NCBI GenBank assembly: GCA_965649825.1
Contig: OZ287708.1
Coordinates: forward strand, 577,411 to 641,410
DNA length: 64,000 bases
Direction: 5' to 3'
Source: Penicillus capitatus
Taxonomy: Eukaryota > Plantae > Chlorophyta
The notes beneath the pieces were generated by a model, which saw nothing but the letters and a program-made list of their open reading frames with translations, had not been told where the DNA came from and searched no databases. Positions 11,487 to 22,370 of this stretch are shown here, piece by piece (position 1 is the stretch's first letter; each line of letters begins with the position of its first letter). The translations under genes were made by a program, and so were the position numbers.

Positions 11487-13242
11487 ATGTATCGACACGT
11501 GGGACTGCGAACGTGGCGTCCGGGTCGTGGACGCGTCCTTCGTCGCCCTCGGGGCGAAAACCGAAAAACACTTCGCACGGAGATCGGTGTCGTGCGGACC
11601 GGGCCTGTCCGTCGCGCCCTCCCAAACGTAAAAGGACGGCTTTCTGGGAGAGGAGCTTCTGTCGATGCGACGGTCGGGGAGCAGTATGACGTCTACGTCG
11701 CTGAGCCTGTTCCGCTGCAAGAAGGCGAATCGAAGCACACGATCTCGGTGTTTGTCGGTGACGAACCGGGTCTCATTAATCGCGTTGCTGGGGTGTTTGG
11801 TCGAAGAGGTCGACTTTAATTGCCTGGTGTGAGGCGACCGACGTGTCTGCATGTAGGGTCCAATATCGAATCGCTCGCGGTGGGACTGAACAATGAACGT
11901 GCGCTGTTCACCATTGTTGCCAATGGTTCGGCTGCAACGATTGTGAGTGTTGGATGATTGAATATGTGAGATGTTGTGTGAGATGGATGGATATAGAACA
12001 ATTTGACCAAGCAACTATCAAAGCTGGTGAAAGTGCGATACGTGGAAGATATCACGAATTCGAAACGGGTGGATCGGGAGCTGGTGATGCTCAAAGTTGC
12101 TGCTGCGGCCGGGGAACAGCGCACAGAGGTGATGCAGTTCTGTGACATTTTTCGAGCCAGAGTGGTGGACGTTGCCGACGACAAAATCACTGTCTCCGTG
12201 GTGGGCGATCCAGGAAAAGTGAGAAAACCTCTACTTGTAGAGAAGTGTGATGGATGGATGCTGCTTGCAAACAGATCGCCGCATTCGAATCGAGTTTGAG
12301 TAAATTCGGCATCTGTGAGTTGGTGCGGACGGGCACCATATCTCTGAAAAGAGGAGAGCATTTGCTCGAACCCCTTCGGAATGACAACAAACGCCCAGAG
12401 CGCAAGAAAGCGCAGAAAACGACCAAGTGCGTACATGATCTCCATCATAATCGTGTGCCGATCGCAGTGCATGGACTGAAGGACAGAGAAGGAGAGCAAA
12501 GGAAACAGCACGAGTGCCGATGTGTACATTGTCGAAGACGATGTCGGCGGCGTGTGGGAAGTGGAAGACGTGTTGGACAACATGGAGAAAAAGGAAGCAT
12601 CTGGATACGAACCCTACACACTCCAGATTGAAGTGGACAACAGTCCCGGTGTGCTGAACCAGGTCTATCGCCAATTCTCTCTGCGTCTCTGAAGGCATGG
12701 TCTATGTCCAGGTGACCGGAATGTTTGCGCGTCGAGGGTACAATGTCCAGAGTCTTGCAGTGGGTCCTAGTGAAGCAGAGGGCCGATCACGTATCTGCAT
12801 GGTCGTGCCTGGAGATGTCGACTCGATCAACAAGCTCGTCAAACAGCTCTACAGACTGGTGAATGTACAGAACATTACGAACATGACGAAACTGCCCTTC
12901 GTTGCACGGGAGCTCATGATGATCAAGGTGTGTGGATCCACCATCGTGCTGTCTCCTCAGATCCTAGGCGAGTGGATGTCTCTGCAGGTTCGGTGCTCTT
13001 CTGACAAGAGAACGGAATTGGAGACGCTGGTGACGATCTTCAGGGGTACATTCTGTGACATTTCCTTCACCACCGTGACAGTTCAGATGCAAGGGAAGCC
13101 TAAAAAGCTTCGAGCCTTTCTCGACATGGTTGAGCCTTATGGCATTTTGGAAGTTGCCCGAACGGGCTGCATCGCTCTGACACGCGAGTCAAACGTCAGT
13201 TCAGACACACTGAAATATGTCCAACGGTCGAAAATCTTTTAA
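11487..13242 (+). CDS. ilvH: Acetolactate synthase (AHAS) small/regulatory subunit, plastid, duplicated ACT modules (multi-exon)
   Basis: HTISVFVGDEPGLINRVAGVFGRRG, NIESLAVGL, ELVRTGTISLKRG; second unit DNSPGVLNQ|VTGMFARRGYNVQSLAVG...ILEVARTGCIALTRES. Confidence 0.93.
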
Positions 13243-13305
13243 ATGGTGATGGTCTCATGATGCGCGATCGACAGCCATTGAGTTCAGTCCTTGTCTACTG
13301 TCGCC

Positions 13306-13618
13306 ATGAGCGAAGCGTTGTTCGAAAATGCCCAAGCGATTCTGACAGGATGCGATACGGCAATGTCACAATGATGGCCAGAAGAGGACCGCCAGTGGCG
13401 CGAGGACCTCGACTGGCGAAAGCGAGAGGAGAAGAAGATGGAAAGCGACTATGAATGCATGTAGAGCATCTCTCACACTCTCTTGCATTATGATGAGGTA
13501 TACACAGGGCAACAAAGAAACGCTGGAGGGCTCAGAACGTCGAACAACGCGCGTTGGACAACGCCCGGCTGATGTGGACCGTTCGGTGGAGAAGAATCGA
13601 CGCGCCGTGGACATTTAA
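13306..13618 (+). pseudogene. Disrupted, 3'-truncated ORAI/CRAC-channel-like gene (N-terminal part only)
   Basis: MSEALFENAQAILTGCDTAMSQ*WPEEDRQWREDLDWRK..|ATKKRWRAQNVEQRALDNARLMWT, then after a 1-nt shift RSVEKNRRAVD. In-frame TGA at 13372-13374 and frameshift at ~13580; no transmembrane part follows. The family call is from recall of algal/plant Orai-like N-termini. Confidence 0.6.
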
Positions 13619-13703
13619 ATACCTCTTTGCAGCGTTTCGCCATCATCAGCGCCACCGTTATGGTTCCTCCTCCTACTCCGCCGACCTTCTGGCACATGCT
13701 AAC

Positions 13704-14105
13704 TTACGGCAGAATCGATCTCGGATCCGAGATAGAATCTGAGAAGGAAAAGCGGCCGCGATGCTGAGAGGAGGTAAAATGCGAGGATGGGTGCTGGTCA
13801 AATTCGAGGTCATTCGTCTCCTGTTTTCCCTGCTTTTGCAATCGTTGTTTTGCCAAGGCGATAGTATTGACGCTGCGCTCGGCGCGAAGACCCCAGACGC
13901 TGGGTTTTACATCATGAAATGTCTGAAGATCGTCGAATTCCAGACACACGGAGCGGTCGATGTCTTCTTGGCATCGCCCAGCCGGCGATGCATGTAGCCT
14001 GTTCATTCTGTCGATCTTCCTTTTCGTTCGCTGCGATCGAAGCGCGATAGGCTGCAAAAACGTTTTTACTGATGCTGAATGCACATCATGTCGGCGAACG
14101 AACAT
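13704..14105 (-). CDS. Hypothetical 133-aa protein, possible transit peptide
   Basis: Open frame from ATG 14105 (MFVRRHDVHSASVKTFLQPIALRSQRTKRK...) lying head-to-head with ATG 14251. No family recognised. Confidence 0.3.
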   Translation of the reverse strand: MFVRRHDVHSASVKTFLQPIALRSQRTKRKIDRMNRLHASPAGRCQEDIDRSVCLEFDDLQTFHDVKPSVWGLRAERSVNTIALAKQRLQKQGKQETNDLEFDQHPSSHFTSSQHRGRFSFSDSISDPRSILP

Positions 14106-14776
14106 GGAGAAAATTACATCTATTGTGATATTTAAGCCACTGTTGGTTCGTGCGTTTCGTTCGTTCTTTCTTCTGACTGCGAACTGCGTTTTCTGCGAAC
14201 TCGCGAACTCGCCAACTGCGACCTTGCGCACGTTTTCCTGTCTTCCGCCGATGAATCGTAACGATTCAGCAGGTAAACGAAAATGTTCACCTCGGGGGGA
14301 CAGCATTCAGCCGACGAACCGCCGTCGACGCAACCCAATCGAGATGCCGCCAGTGCTGCATCGGCGACCCCCCCCCCCACTACCTGGCGCCGAGATCCCT
14401 GTCCTCTACTGCACCTGCCGTGACTCGGCCTCATCAGATCGCTGCAACACTTACGGGGAATTCTGCAGTCAATCAAAGCAGGAAGAGATCGAGAAACGAT
14501 GCTTTGGCATCGAATTCCGATACGATTCTTTGTGGAGGAAACGAGGGAACTGAGGATCGTCGCGTGGCACCGAGATCCCTGTCCTTGTCTGCACCTACCG
14601 TGTCATCTAACGCAGAAGGACAGCCGCCAGCACCAGGAGATGATATCGAATGCCCAAACTCTGCTCCAGAAGTAGCTCCTTCTCAGTCTGCACCTACCGT
14701 GTCCACCGACGCAGAAGAGAAGTCACCAGCACCAGGAGACGATGTCCAATGCCCGAGCTCTGCTCCAGAAGTGGCT

Positions 14777-15778
14777 GTCGAGCCTTCATCTGTCTTACCG
14801 ACTGATCTGGAGCAACAACAAACAGTAGATGTCGAAGATCACAATCCAAGCCCTAGCGAAGGCCTCGCTGTCGAGCCTTCATCTCTCTCATCGACTGATC
14901 TGGAGCAACAACAAACATTAGATGTCGAAGATCTTAATCCAAGCCCTAGCGAAGGCCTCGCTGTCGAGCCTTCATCTGTCTCATCGACTGATCTGGAGCA
15001 ACAACAAACATTAGATGCAAGCCCTAGCGAATGCCTCGCTGTCGAGCCTTCATCTGTTTCATCGACTGATCTGGAGCAACAACAAACATTAGATGCAAGC
15101 CCTAGCGAAGGCCTCGCTGTCGAGCCTTCATCTGTCTCATCGACTGATCTGGAGCAACAACAAACATTAGATGCAAGCCCTAGCGAAGGCCTCGCTGTCG
15201 AGCCTTCATCTGTCTCATCGACTGATCTGGAGCAACAACAAACATTAGATGTCGAAGATCTCAATCCAAGCCCTAGCGAAGGCCTCGCTGTCGAGCCTTC
15301 ATCTGTCTCATCGACTGATCTGGAGCAACAACAAACAGTAGATGTCGAAGATCTCAATCCAAGCCCTAGCGAAGGCCTCGCTGTCGAGCCTTCATCTGTC
15401 TCATCGACTGATCTGGAGCAACAACAAACATTAGATGCAAGCCCTAGCGAAGGCCTCGCTGTCGAGCCTTCATCTGTCTCATCGACTGATCTGGAGCAAC
15501 AACAAACAGTAGATGTCGAAGATCACAATCCAAGCCCTAGCGAAGGCCTCGCTGTCGAGCCTTCATCTGTCTCATCGACTGATCTGGAGCAACAACAAAC
15601 ATTAGATGTCGAAGATCTCAATCCAAGCCCTAGCGAAGGCCTCGCTGTCGAGCCTTCATCTCTCTCATCGACTGATCTGGAGCAACAACAAACATTAGAT
15701 GTCGAAGATCTCAATCCAAGCCCTAGCGAAGGCCTCGCTGTCGAGCCTTCATCTGTCTCATCGACTGATCTAGAGCAA
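14777..15778 (+). repeat. Coding minisatellite: 11 full units plus a partial unit, 93-nt (x7) and 78-nt (x4) variants
   Basis: Units encode VEPSSVSSTDLEQQQTLDVEDLNPSPSEGLA (31 aa) or VEPSSVSSTDLEQQQTLDASPSEGLA (26 aa). Unit starts at 14777, 14870 ... 15740. Confidence 0.97.
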
Positions 15779-15959
15779 AACAACACCACAGATGACATCA
15801 ACAAATCAAGTCGTAGTGAAAAACACATTCTGGAGTCTCCAAGCATCCCGCAGAAGGACACAGAGGAACAGGCTGCAGATGGAGAAGGTTATGCCTGCCC
15901 AGGTCTTAACGATGTACACATGCTGGAGGCTTGTCCAGCTACAGTAACCGAAGGAGATG

Positions 15960-18480
15960 AGCATCAGCAGCAGCCAGTGTGGACTGGAGATGTTCACTGT
16001 CAGATGCCCAGAGTGCAGCTGCCGACCGAGCCGATGCCGGCCGACTCAGTCAATGAGCAGCAGCAGGAGGAGGAGACTGGAGATGTCCCCTGCCCGGTGC
16101 CCAGAATCCACCTAACGACAGAGCCACGTCCATCAGCCGATGTGCAGCAGCAGGAGACTAGAGATGTCCACTGTCCGACCGAGCTGATGCCAACAGCCAA
16201 CGAGCAGCATCAGCATCATCAGCTAGGGACTGGATTTGTCCCCCGTCCGATGCCCAGTGTCGACTTGCCGACCGAGCCTAGGCCTTCAGCCAATGAGCAG
16301 CAGCAGCAGGAGACTAGAGATGTCCCCTGCCCGGTGCCCAGAGTCCACCTACCGACAGAGCCGATGCCATCATCCCATGAGCATCAGCAGCAGCCACTGT
16401 GGACTAGAGATGTCCCCTACCCGGTGCCCAGAGTCCACTCGCCGACAGAGCCGACTCCGATTGACTATATGGAGGTGGATGAGCAGCCAGTGAGGACTGG
16501 AGATGTCAACCGTCAGATGCCTAGTGTCGACTTGCCAACGGAGCCGACGCCTTCAGCCAATGAGCATCATCAGCATCAGCTGGGGACTGGAGATGTTAAC
16601 CGTCCGATGCCAAGAGTCCACCAGCCGACAGAGCCGACGCCTTTAGCCGATGAGCAGCAGCAGGGGACTAGAGATGTCCACTGTCCGACCGAGCCGAGGC
16701 CTTCAGCCAATGAGCATCAGCATCAGCATCAGCATCAGCATCAGCATCACCAGCTGGGGACTGGATTTGTCCCCCGTCCGATGCCCAGTGTCGACTTGCC
16801 GACCGAGCCTAGGCCTTCAGCCAATGAGCAACAGCAGCTGAAAACTGGAGATGTCGACTGTCAGATGCCCAGAGTCGACTTGCCAACCAAGCCGACTGAC
16901 TCAGCCAATAAGCAGCATCAGCATCAGCATCAGCTGGGGACTGGAGATGTTCACCGTCAGATGCCCAGAGTGCAGTTGCCGACTGAGCCGATTCCGACCG
17001 ACTCAATGGAGGTAGATGAGCAGCCATTGGGGACTGGAGATGTCCACCGTCAGATGCCTAGTGTCGACTTGCCAACGGAGCCGACGCCTTCAGCCAATGA
17101 GCAGCAGCATCAGCATCAGCTGGGGACTGGAGATGTCTCCCGCCCGGATCCTAGAGTCCACTTGCCGCGCGAGCCCAGACCTTCAGCCAACGAGCAGCAT
17201 CAGCATCATCAGCTAGGGACTGGAGATGTCCACTGTCCGACCGAGCCGACGCCAACAGCCAACGAGCAGCATCAGCAGCATCAGCTGGGGACTGGATTTG
17301 TCCCCCGCCCGGAGCCCAGAGTCGACTCGCCGACCTACTCAATGGAGGTGGATGAGCAGCCATTGAGGACTGGAGATGTCCACCGTCAGATGCCCAGAGT
17401 CGACTTGCCAACCGAGCCGACGCCTTCAGCCAATGAGCATCATTAGCATCAGCATCACCAGCTGGGGACTGGATTTGTCCCCCGTCCGATGCCCAGTGTC
17501 GACTTGCCGACCGAGCCTAAGCCTTCAGCCAATGAGCAACAGCAGCTGAAAACTGGAGATGTCCACTGTCAGATGCCCAGAGTCGACTTGCCAACCAAGC
17601 CGACTGACTCAGCCGATGAGCAGCAGCAGCAGCAGGGGACTGGAGATGTCCACCGTCAGATGCCCAGAGTGCAGTTGCCGACTGAGCCGATTCCGACCGA
17701 CTCAATGGAGGTAGATGAGCAGCCATTGAGGACTGGAGATGTCCACCGTCAGATGCCCAGAGTCGACTTGCCAACGGAGCCGACGCCTTCAGCCAATGAG
17801 CATCATCAGCATCAGCTAGGGACTGGATTTGTCCACCGCCCGGAGCCCAGGGTCGACTCGCCGACAGAGCCCTCGCCGACCCACTCAATGGAGGTGGATG
17901 AGCAGTCATTGGGGACTGGATTTGTCCCCCGTCCGATGCCCAGAGTCGACTTGCCAACCAAGCCGACTGACTCAGCCGATGAGCAGCATCAGCACAAGCT
18001 GAGGACTGGAGATGTCCACTGTCCGACCGAGCCGACGCCAACAGCCAACGAGCAGCATCAGCAGCATCAGCTGGGGACTGGATTTGTCCCCCGCCCGGAG
18101 CCCAGAGTCGACTCGCCGACCTACTCAATGGAGGTGGATGAGCAGCCATTGAGGACTGGAGATGTCCACCGTCAGATGCCCAGAGTCGACTTGCCAACCG
18201 AGCCGACTGACTCAGCCGATGAGCAGCATCAGCAGCTAGGGACTGGACATGTAGAGCGTCCGGTGCCCAGAGTCCACCTGCCAACCGAGCCCAGACCTTC
18301 AGCCAACGAGCAGCAGCAGCAGCAGCTGGGGACTGGATTTGTTCACCGTCCGGTGCCCAGACCTTCAGCCGACGAACATCATCATCAGCTGGGGACTGGA
18401 CATGTCCACCGTCCGGTGCCCAGCGTCCACCTGCCAACCGAGCCCAGACCTTTAGCCAACGAGCAGCAGCAGCAGCCGGC
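15960..18480 (+). repeat. Degenerate modular repeats (LGTGDVHRQMPRVDLPTEPTPSANE-type) joined by (CAG/CAT)n microsatellite linkers
   Basis: Dozens of similar GGGACTGGA(GAT/TTT)GT...GACTTGCC.ACCGAGCC units with variable His/Gln runs, e.g. 16704-16750. Confidence 0.93.
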
Positions 18481-19298
18481 GCCTGACAATGACCCCTCGT
18501 TCTTACTCATTGAAGAACTTTTAGGGGGATTGTCATTGACAGAAGCCTTGCCAGCCGGGGAAGAGCAGCAGCCACTGAGGACTGGAGATGTCCCCCGCCC
18601 GACTACTAGACACGAGGTGCCATCCGAGCCCTCGTTGACTCTGGCAGCCAACACGGAGCAGCAGCAACAGCAGCCGATGCCTGACAATGACCCCTCGTTC
18701 TTCCACATTGAAGAACTTTTAGGGGGATTGTCATTGACAGAAGCCTTGCCAGCCGGGGAAGAGCATTGCCCTTCGAATGAAACCCCGCCAGATGAGTCTA
18801 GATCGCCAGAGACTCTGCCAGACGAGTCCGGCTTTGTGACTCCAGAGCCCGCAAGAAGATTCTCTGGCCATCACCGCGATCACCTTGCTGGATCGCCAGA
18901 GATGCCGCCAGAGATCCCGCCAGACGAGTGGGGCTTTGTCACCCCAGAGCCTACCATGTTCTTCTCGCGGCGTCATCGTCTTCCTGACCCAGGTTCGCCA
19001 TAAATCCCTCCAGACGAGTGGAGCTTTGTCCCCCAGAGCCTACCATGTTCTTCTCGCGTCGTCATGCCTTCTGATGCAGATCGACGCAGACCTGCACATG
19101 GAAACAACCGTCCAAGCCTGGGAACAACGCTTCTACCCTAGCCGCTTTCTTTATCTCGTTCCTGCTTCGGAATCGAGGTTCACAGAACTGGGTGACATAG
19201 AGGATCCAATGAACGCCCTTAGCCTGTTTCTTGATTGTGACATGATGTGTGTTAAACATGTTGTCTTTGATGTGACAGCTCTTTACAAACATCATCCA

Positions 19299-19303
19299 TT
19301 GTA
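19299..19303 (+). terminator. Poly(A) signal TGTAA downstream of the repeat gene
   Basis: ccatTGTAAatc about 300 nt after the repeat ORF. Confidence 0.4.
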
Positions 19304-19529
19304 AATCAATTTTCAACTCAGCACATGCGTCCCGCAACCATGTCGAGCGATAGCGTTGCAGCAAAGGTCATCGACACACTCTTCTCTTGCATCCCTATTG
19401 GGATTTCTCTCAATCAGGCGTGATAGAGGGGTCTGTTTGATAAGTCCTCACCGAGGCCTTTAGTGTGGCTCACTTGTGACAGACTACGCTCAGGCATGTC
19501 TGTCTCTTTGCCCTCACGCAATAACTCTT

Positions 19530-20008
19530 TCATGTGTCTAGGAACTCAAAGAAGTCTTCTCGAGATGCTGCACTTGACAGCGTCAACATTGAGAAGTTCA
19601 TGGGACCTGCAGAATTGGCAGATCTCCATTCACAGACAAGACTCAACGTTCATCCATGCAACTGAGACGCCTATGGTATGACCGTCGGCGAAGCCGCTTC
19701 ACAGGTGGGATGGAAGAGGCGCATAGTGCTCTATTCGGATGCTAGACTTCTGCCTGTAGGAGGCGCCATCGATCGTGCAGAAGGGTGGCAGTGTGGGTGC
19801 ATCTGAATTTCTCAGATCTCACTATTCAGAACTGTTTGAAGTGAACTACGAGAAGGAGTCTCTGCTCGAAAACGATCACAGACTGAATGATGTGTGAAAG
19901 AGAGCGTCTCAAAAGGGCCGTCAGTACAATGCTGTCAAGAACGCTAAACAGCTACAACAGATCCTCGCACATGTCGTTCAGCAACAGTCAAGACAGCTCT
20001 CTGTCTAA
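19530..20008 (+). pseudogene. 5'-truncated GT4-like (group 1) glycosyltransferase pseudogene
   Basis: IEKFMGPAELADLHSQTRLNVHPCN*DAYGMTVGEAASQ|EAPSIVQKGGSVGASEFL...NDV*KRASQKGRQYNAVKNAKQL. In-frame TGA at 19663-19665 and 19895-19897; intron 19705-19759; TAA 20006-20008. Confidence 0.7.
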
Positions 20009-20030
20009 TCCTCTTCCTCCATCCGCTATT

Positions 20031-21820
20031 TCATAGTATTGTTGTGATCTAAGACACGAAATGCTGTTCATTGTAGAGGACAACGAACGGACCTTGTAAA
20101 CTCGTGAACTCGCAGCGAATCGGATTCTGCTACCGGGACGCAGCACCTTTGGCTGATGAGGTCGAATCCAGACGTCGTTCAGATTCGTTCCGTGACCTTA
20201 TATAATTACAGTGAGCACGGTTGTCTGATGGGCATGTATCTCTTACCAGAGCCCAGATCTGTGATCAGCATGTGGCCCGTCTCATCGATGTCGATCTTCG
20301 CATGCTGCCGCGAGATGGATGCATGTTCTAGGCGGACATCTGCATTGGGTGCTCTTCCAAAGACGCAACGTTGGTGCCGACGCAAGGGACCAATCGCCAA
20401 CACGCCCAGACAGGCATCTTGTCGCCACACCTCCATCTCCACCTCACTCTCTCCCTGAGATTCACCTTCTTTCTTTTCTTCGGTCTTTGGCTTCTTAGCA
20501 GGAAGCAAAAACAGAGGATCGGATCTTTCCCTTTTCGATCCGGCCTTCTCTTTCCCTTCCATCTCGGTAAACGTGATGGGGACGGCAATACCCGCTGCCT
20601 GATCGCTGATCTTGACCTGTTCCTCAATCTCTTCAGGAACATCGTCATTTTCGCTGCATGCATGGCGCATAAGGGTACAGTGCAGCATGTATTGGCGTGC
20701 TTACATGACTTCGTCGATGCCTAGAGCTTTCTGCAGCTGAATGAGCAATGCCCAAAATCCTTGATTGATGGAGACACGTTTTCTTTTTTCGAGTACAAAC
20801 TTCTGCGCACGGGTGGCTCCCCAACTGAAACGTCGCATCAGGTAGGCAATGCACAGTGTGGCCGAACGACTCACACCAGCACCGCAATGCACCAATACAG
20901 CTGCACAGCCAAAACTTCCACCATCTCATACCCATCCCTCAGACGACATGACGGACCGTGCTTTTGATCTCGTGCGGCCTCGATATGTTCGTACACATCG
21001 TTGAAGTGTTTTGAGATGTCTGCCGTGGGAATATCGGGTAACTCAATCCTCAAGTGCTTGAAACTGACAGGCAGCTTCATTTCTTCAGGATTGTTATGAA
21101 TTGTCACCACACTAAGACATCAAGCAATCTCAGAATACAGCCTGTTCATATTCGAAATGCCTCTTGATGTTGATCTCCCTAACTCTTTCCAGATTACATG
21201 CATCTTCCCAACTCCCAAGGTACAGAAGGCCATGAATCAGCACCGAAGGATACACTTTCTTTCCGCCTGCACGGACAGAAGCGGTGCAGAGATATGGAAA
21301 CTTATTCTGGAAGTCTTCGAATCTCAAGGACACATTTTCTCTCAGTTTCAAACGCAAGCCAAAATCCGGAGGTACCCTTCTTTGTAGTAATACAAGGACT
21401 TTGCTTTGCCCTCCCTGGAGAGAAAATCCAACACAGCATTTGTCTTCTTTAAATCTGCTTCGCCGTAGACGAACACATCTCGTCCCCACCTAATCCCCAT
21501 AAATCCTCTATCCCCTCAGATGTTACCATCGTCCATTACCAAACTCTCTGTCCCCATCGTAAGTCGTACTGAGATCTGGAGTAATCCTGAATAGCCAAGC
21601 CACAAAGAAATCACGTTAGTGATGCAATTGACAGTCAGGGTTCTTTGACCGCCAACGCTTCTTTGTCGGCCGTGCAGCGGACACAGAAAGATTGCTGAAT
21701 ATGCTGTCTCTTAAAGAGTTTGTAGGGACGGATGTCTAGGAGAAACACCTCCGTCTCGCGGTTTCCCCGCGTGAAGATCTCGAACACCCAATTCGCATCG
21801 ACGGCAACACATTCCAGCAT
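20031..21820 (-). CDS. Dual-specificity (MAPK-type) phosphatase with N-terminal rhodanese-like and C-terminal FHA domain (multi-exon)
   Basis: FLLDIRPYKLFKRQHIQQS (rhodanese); LYLGSWEDA, VHCGAGVSRSATLCIAYLM (DSP); after a 51-nt GTAAGC intron, FGRAPNADVRLEHASISRQHA..ITDLGS(G)HGTNLN (FHA). Confidence 0.85.
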
Positions 21821-22370
21821 GGTGGTCTGTTTTGATTTGACGTTTGTTCTGTGACACCTCCCTCTTAGAAGATAGAATGGTGCTCTTCGCTGGAGAGAGG
21901 CCAGCAAATGTTGTGAAAAGACAGGATGGAATTCCTCGCCGTACGCAACACACCTCTGTTTGGTGACTGGAGAGCGGCAGGCTATCCAGTCTATTGTTGC
22001 TCTTGTGTGGAGACAGATGTCAAACAACGAATTTGCGACGTCAATAACCCCAATCTTTAAAGGTGTCATAACAAATATCACACTTCGACAAACAAATGGC
22101 TCTGCTGAGATGTTTCATAAATGGGAAGGTTTCACAAATACCACACACTTCAGTGATTGACTCGACAAATGTACTCTCGCACAACATCTATCTTTCATAA
22201 TTCTTGTGCACACGTTAGGAGGTGCACGTCAATGATTATACTTCAACAGATTTCCGATTCCGACTCCGATCATTACCACCAAACAGATTCTCACACAAAT
22301 ATTTAGAATCGTATAAAAACACCTGGTCGTCTTTTCACCCATTCATGTGTTGTGTCCACCGTTGTTTGTT

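Larger units (their letters stand above)
14251..19003 (+). pseudogene. Giant tandem-repeat, low-complexity ORF with disabling lesions (frameshift at C11 tract, internal TAG, derived TAA)
   Basis: ATG 14251 joins the long repeat frame only if the C11 run at 14368-14378 loses one C. Frames 14420-17443 and 17447-19000 are the same frame, separated by TAG 17444-17446 where sister repeats have CAG. Confidence 0.6.

Noticed and set aside
14777-15778. CRISPR-like array
   Set aside because: The units are contiguous in-frame coding repeats with no unique spacers, in a eukaryotic locus with no cas genes.
14839-18708. Long antisense ORFs over the repeat region (e.g. 14839-15357, 17517-18437)
   Set aside because: They are shadows of the periodic plus-strand repeats.
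14420-19003. TAA/TAG-to-Gln genetic code suggested by the TAG inside a His-Gln run
   Set aside because: Conserved proteins end at TAA/TAG where homologs end (ALS small subunit, TRAPPC4, ICME, SmG, APC11), and no intact gene needed an internal TAA/TAG.
13372-19897. Selenocysteine or TGA recoding in the ORAI-like and GT4 fragments
   Set aside because: Both also have frameshifts or truncations, the positions are not redox Cys sites, and TGA is a normal stop in many genes here.
13243-20030. Autonomous transposon or endogenous virus as the island's identity
   Set aside because: No transposase, RT, integrase, Rep/helicase or capsid motifs, and no TIR, LTR or TSD found by eye.
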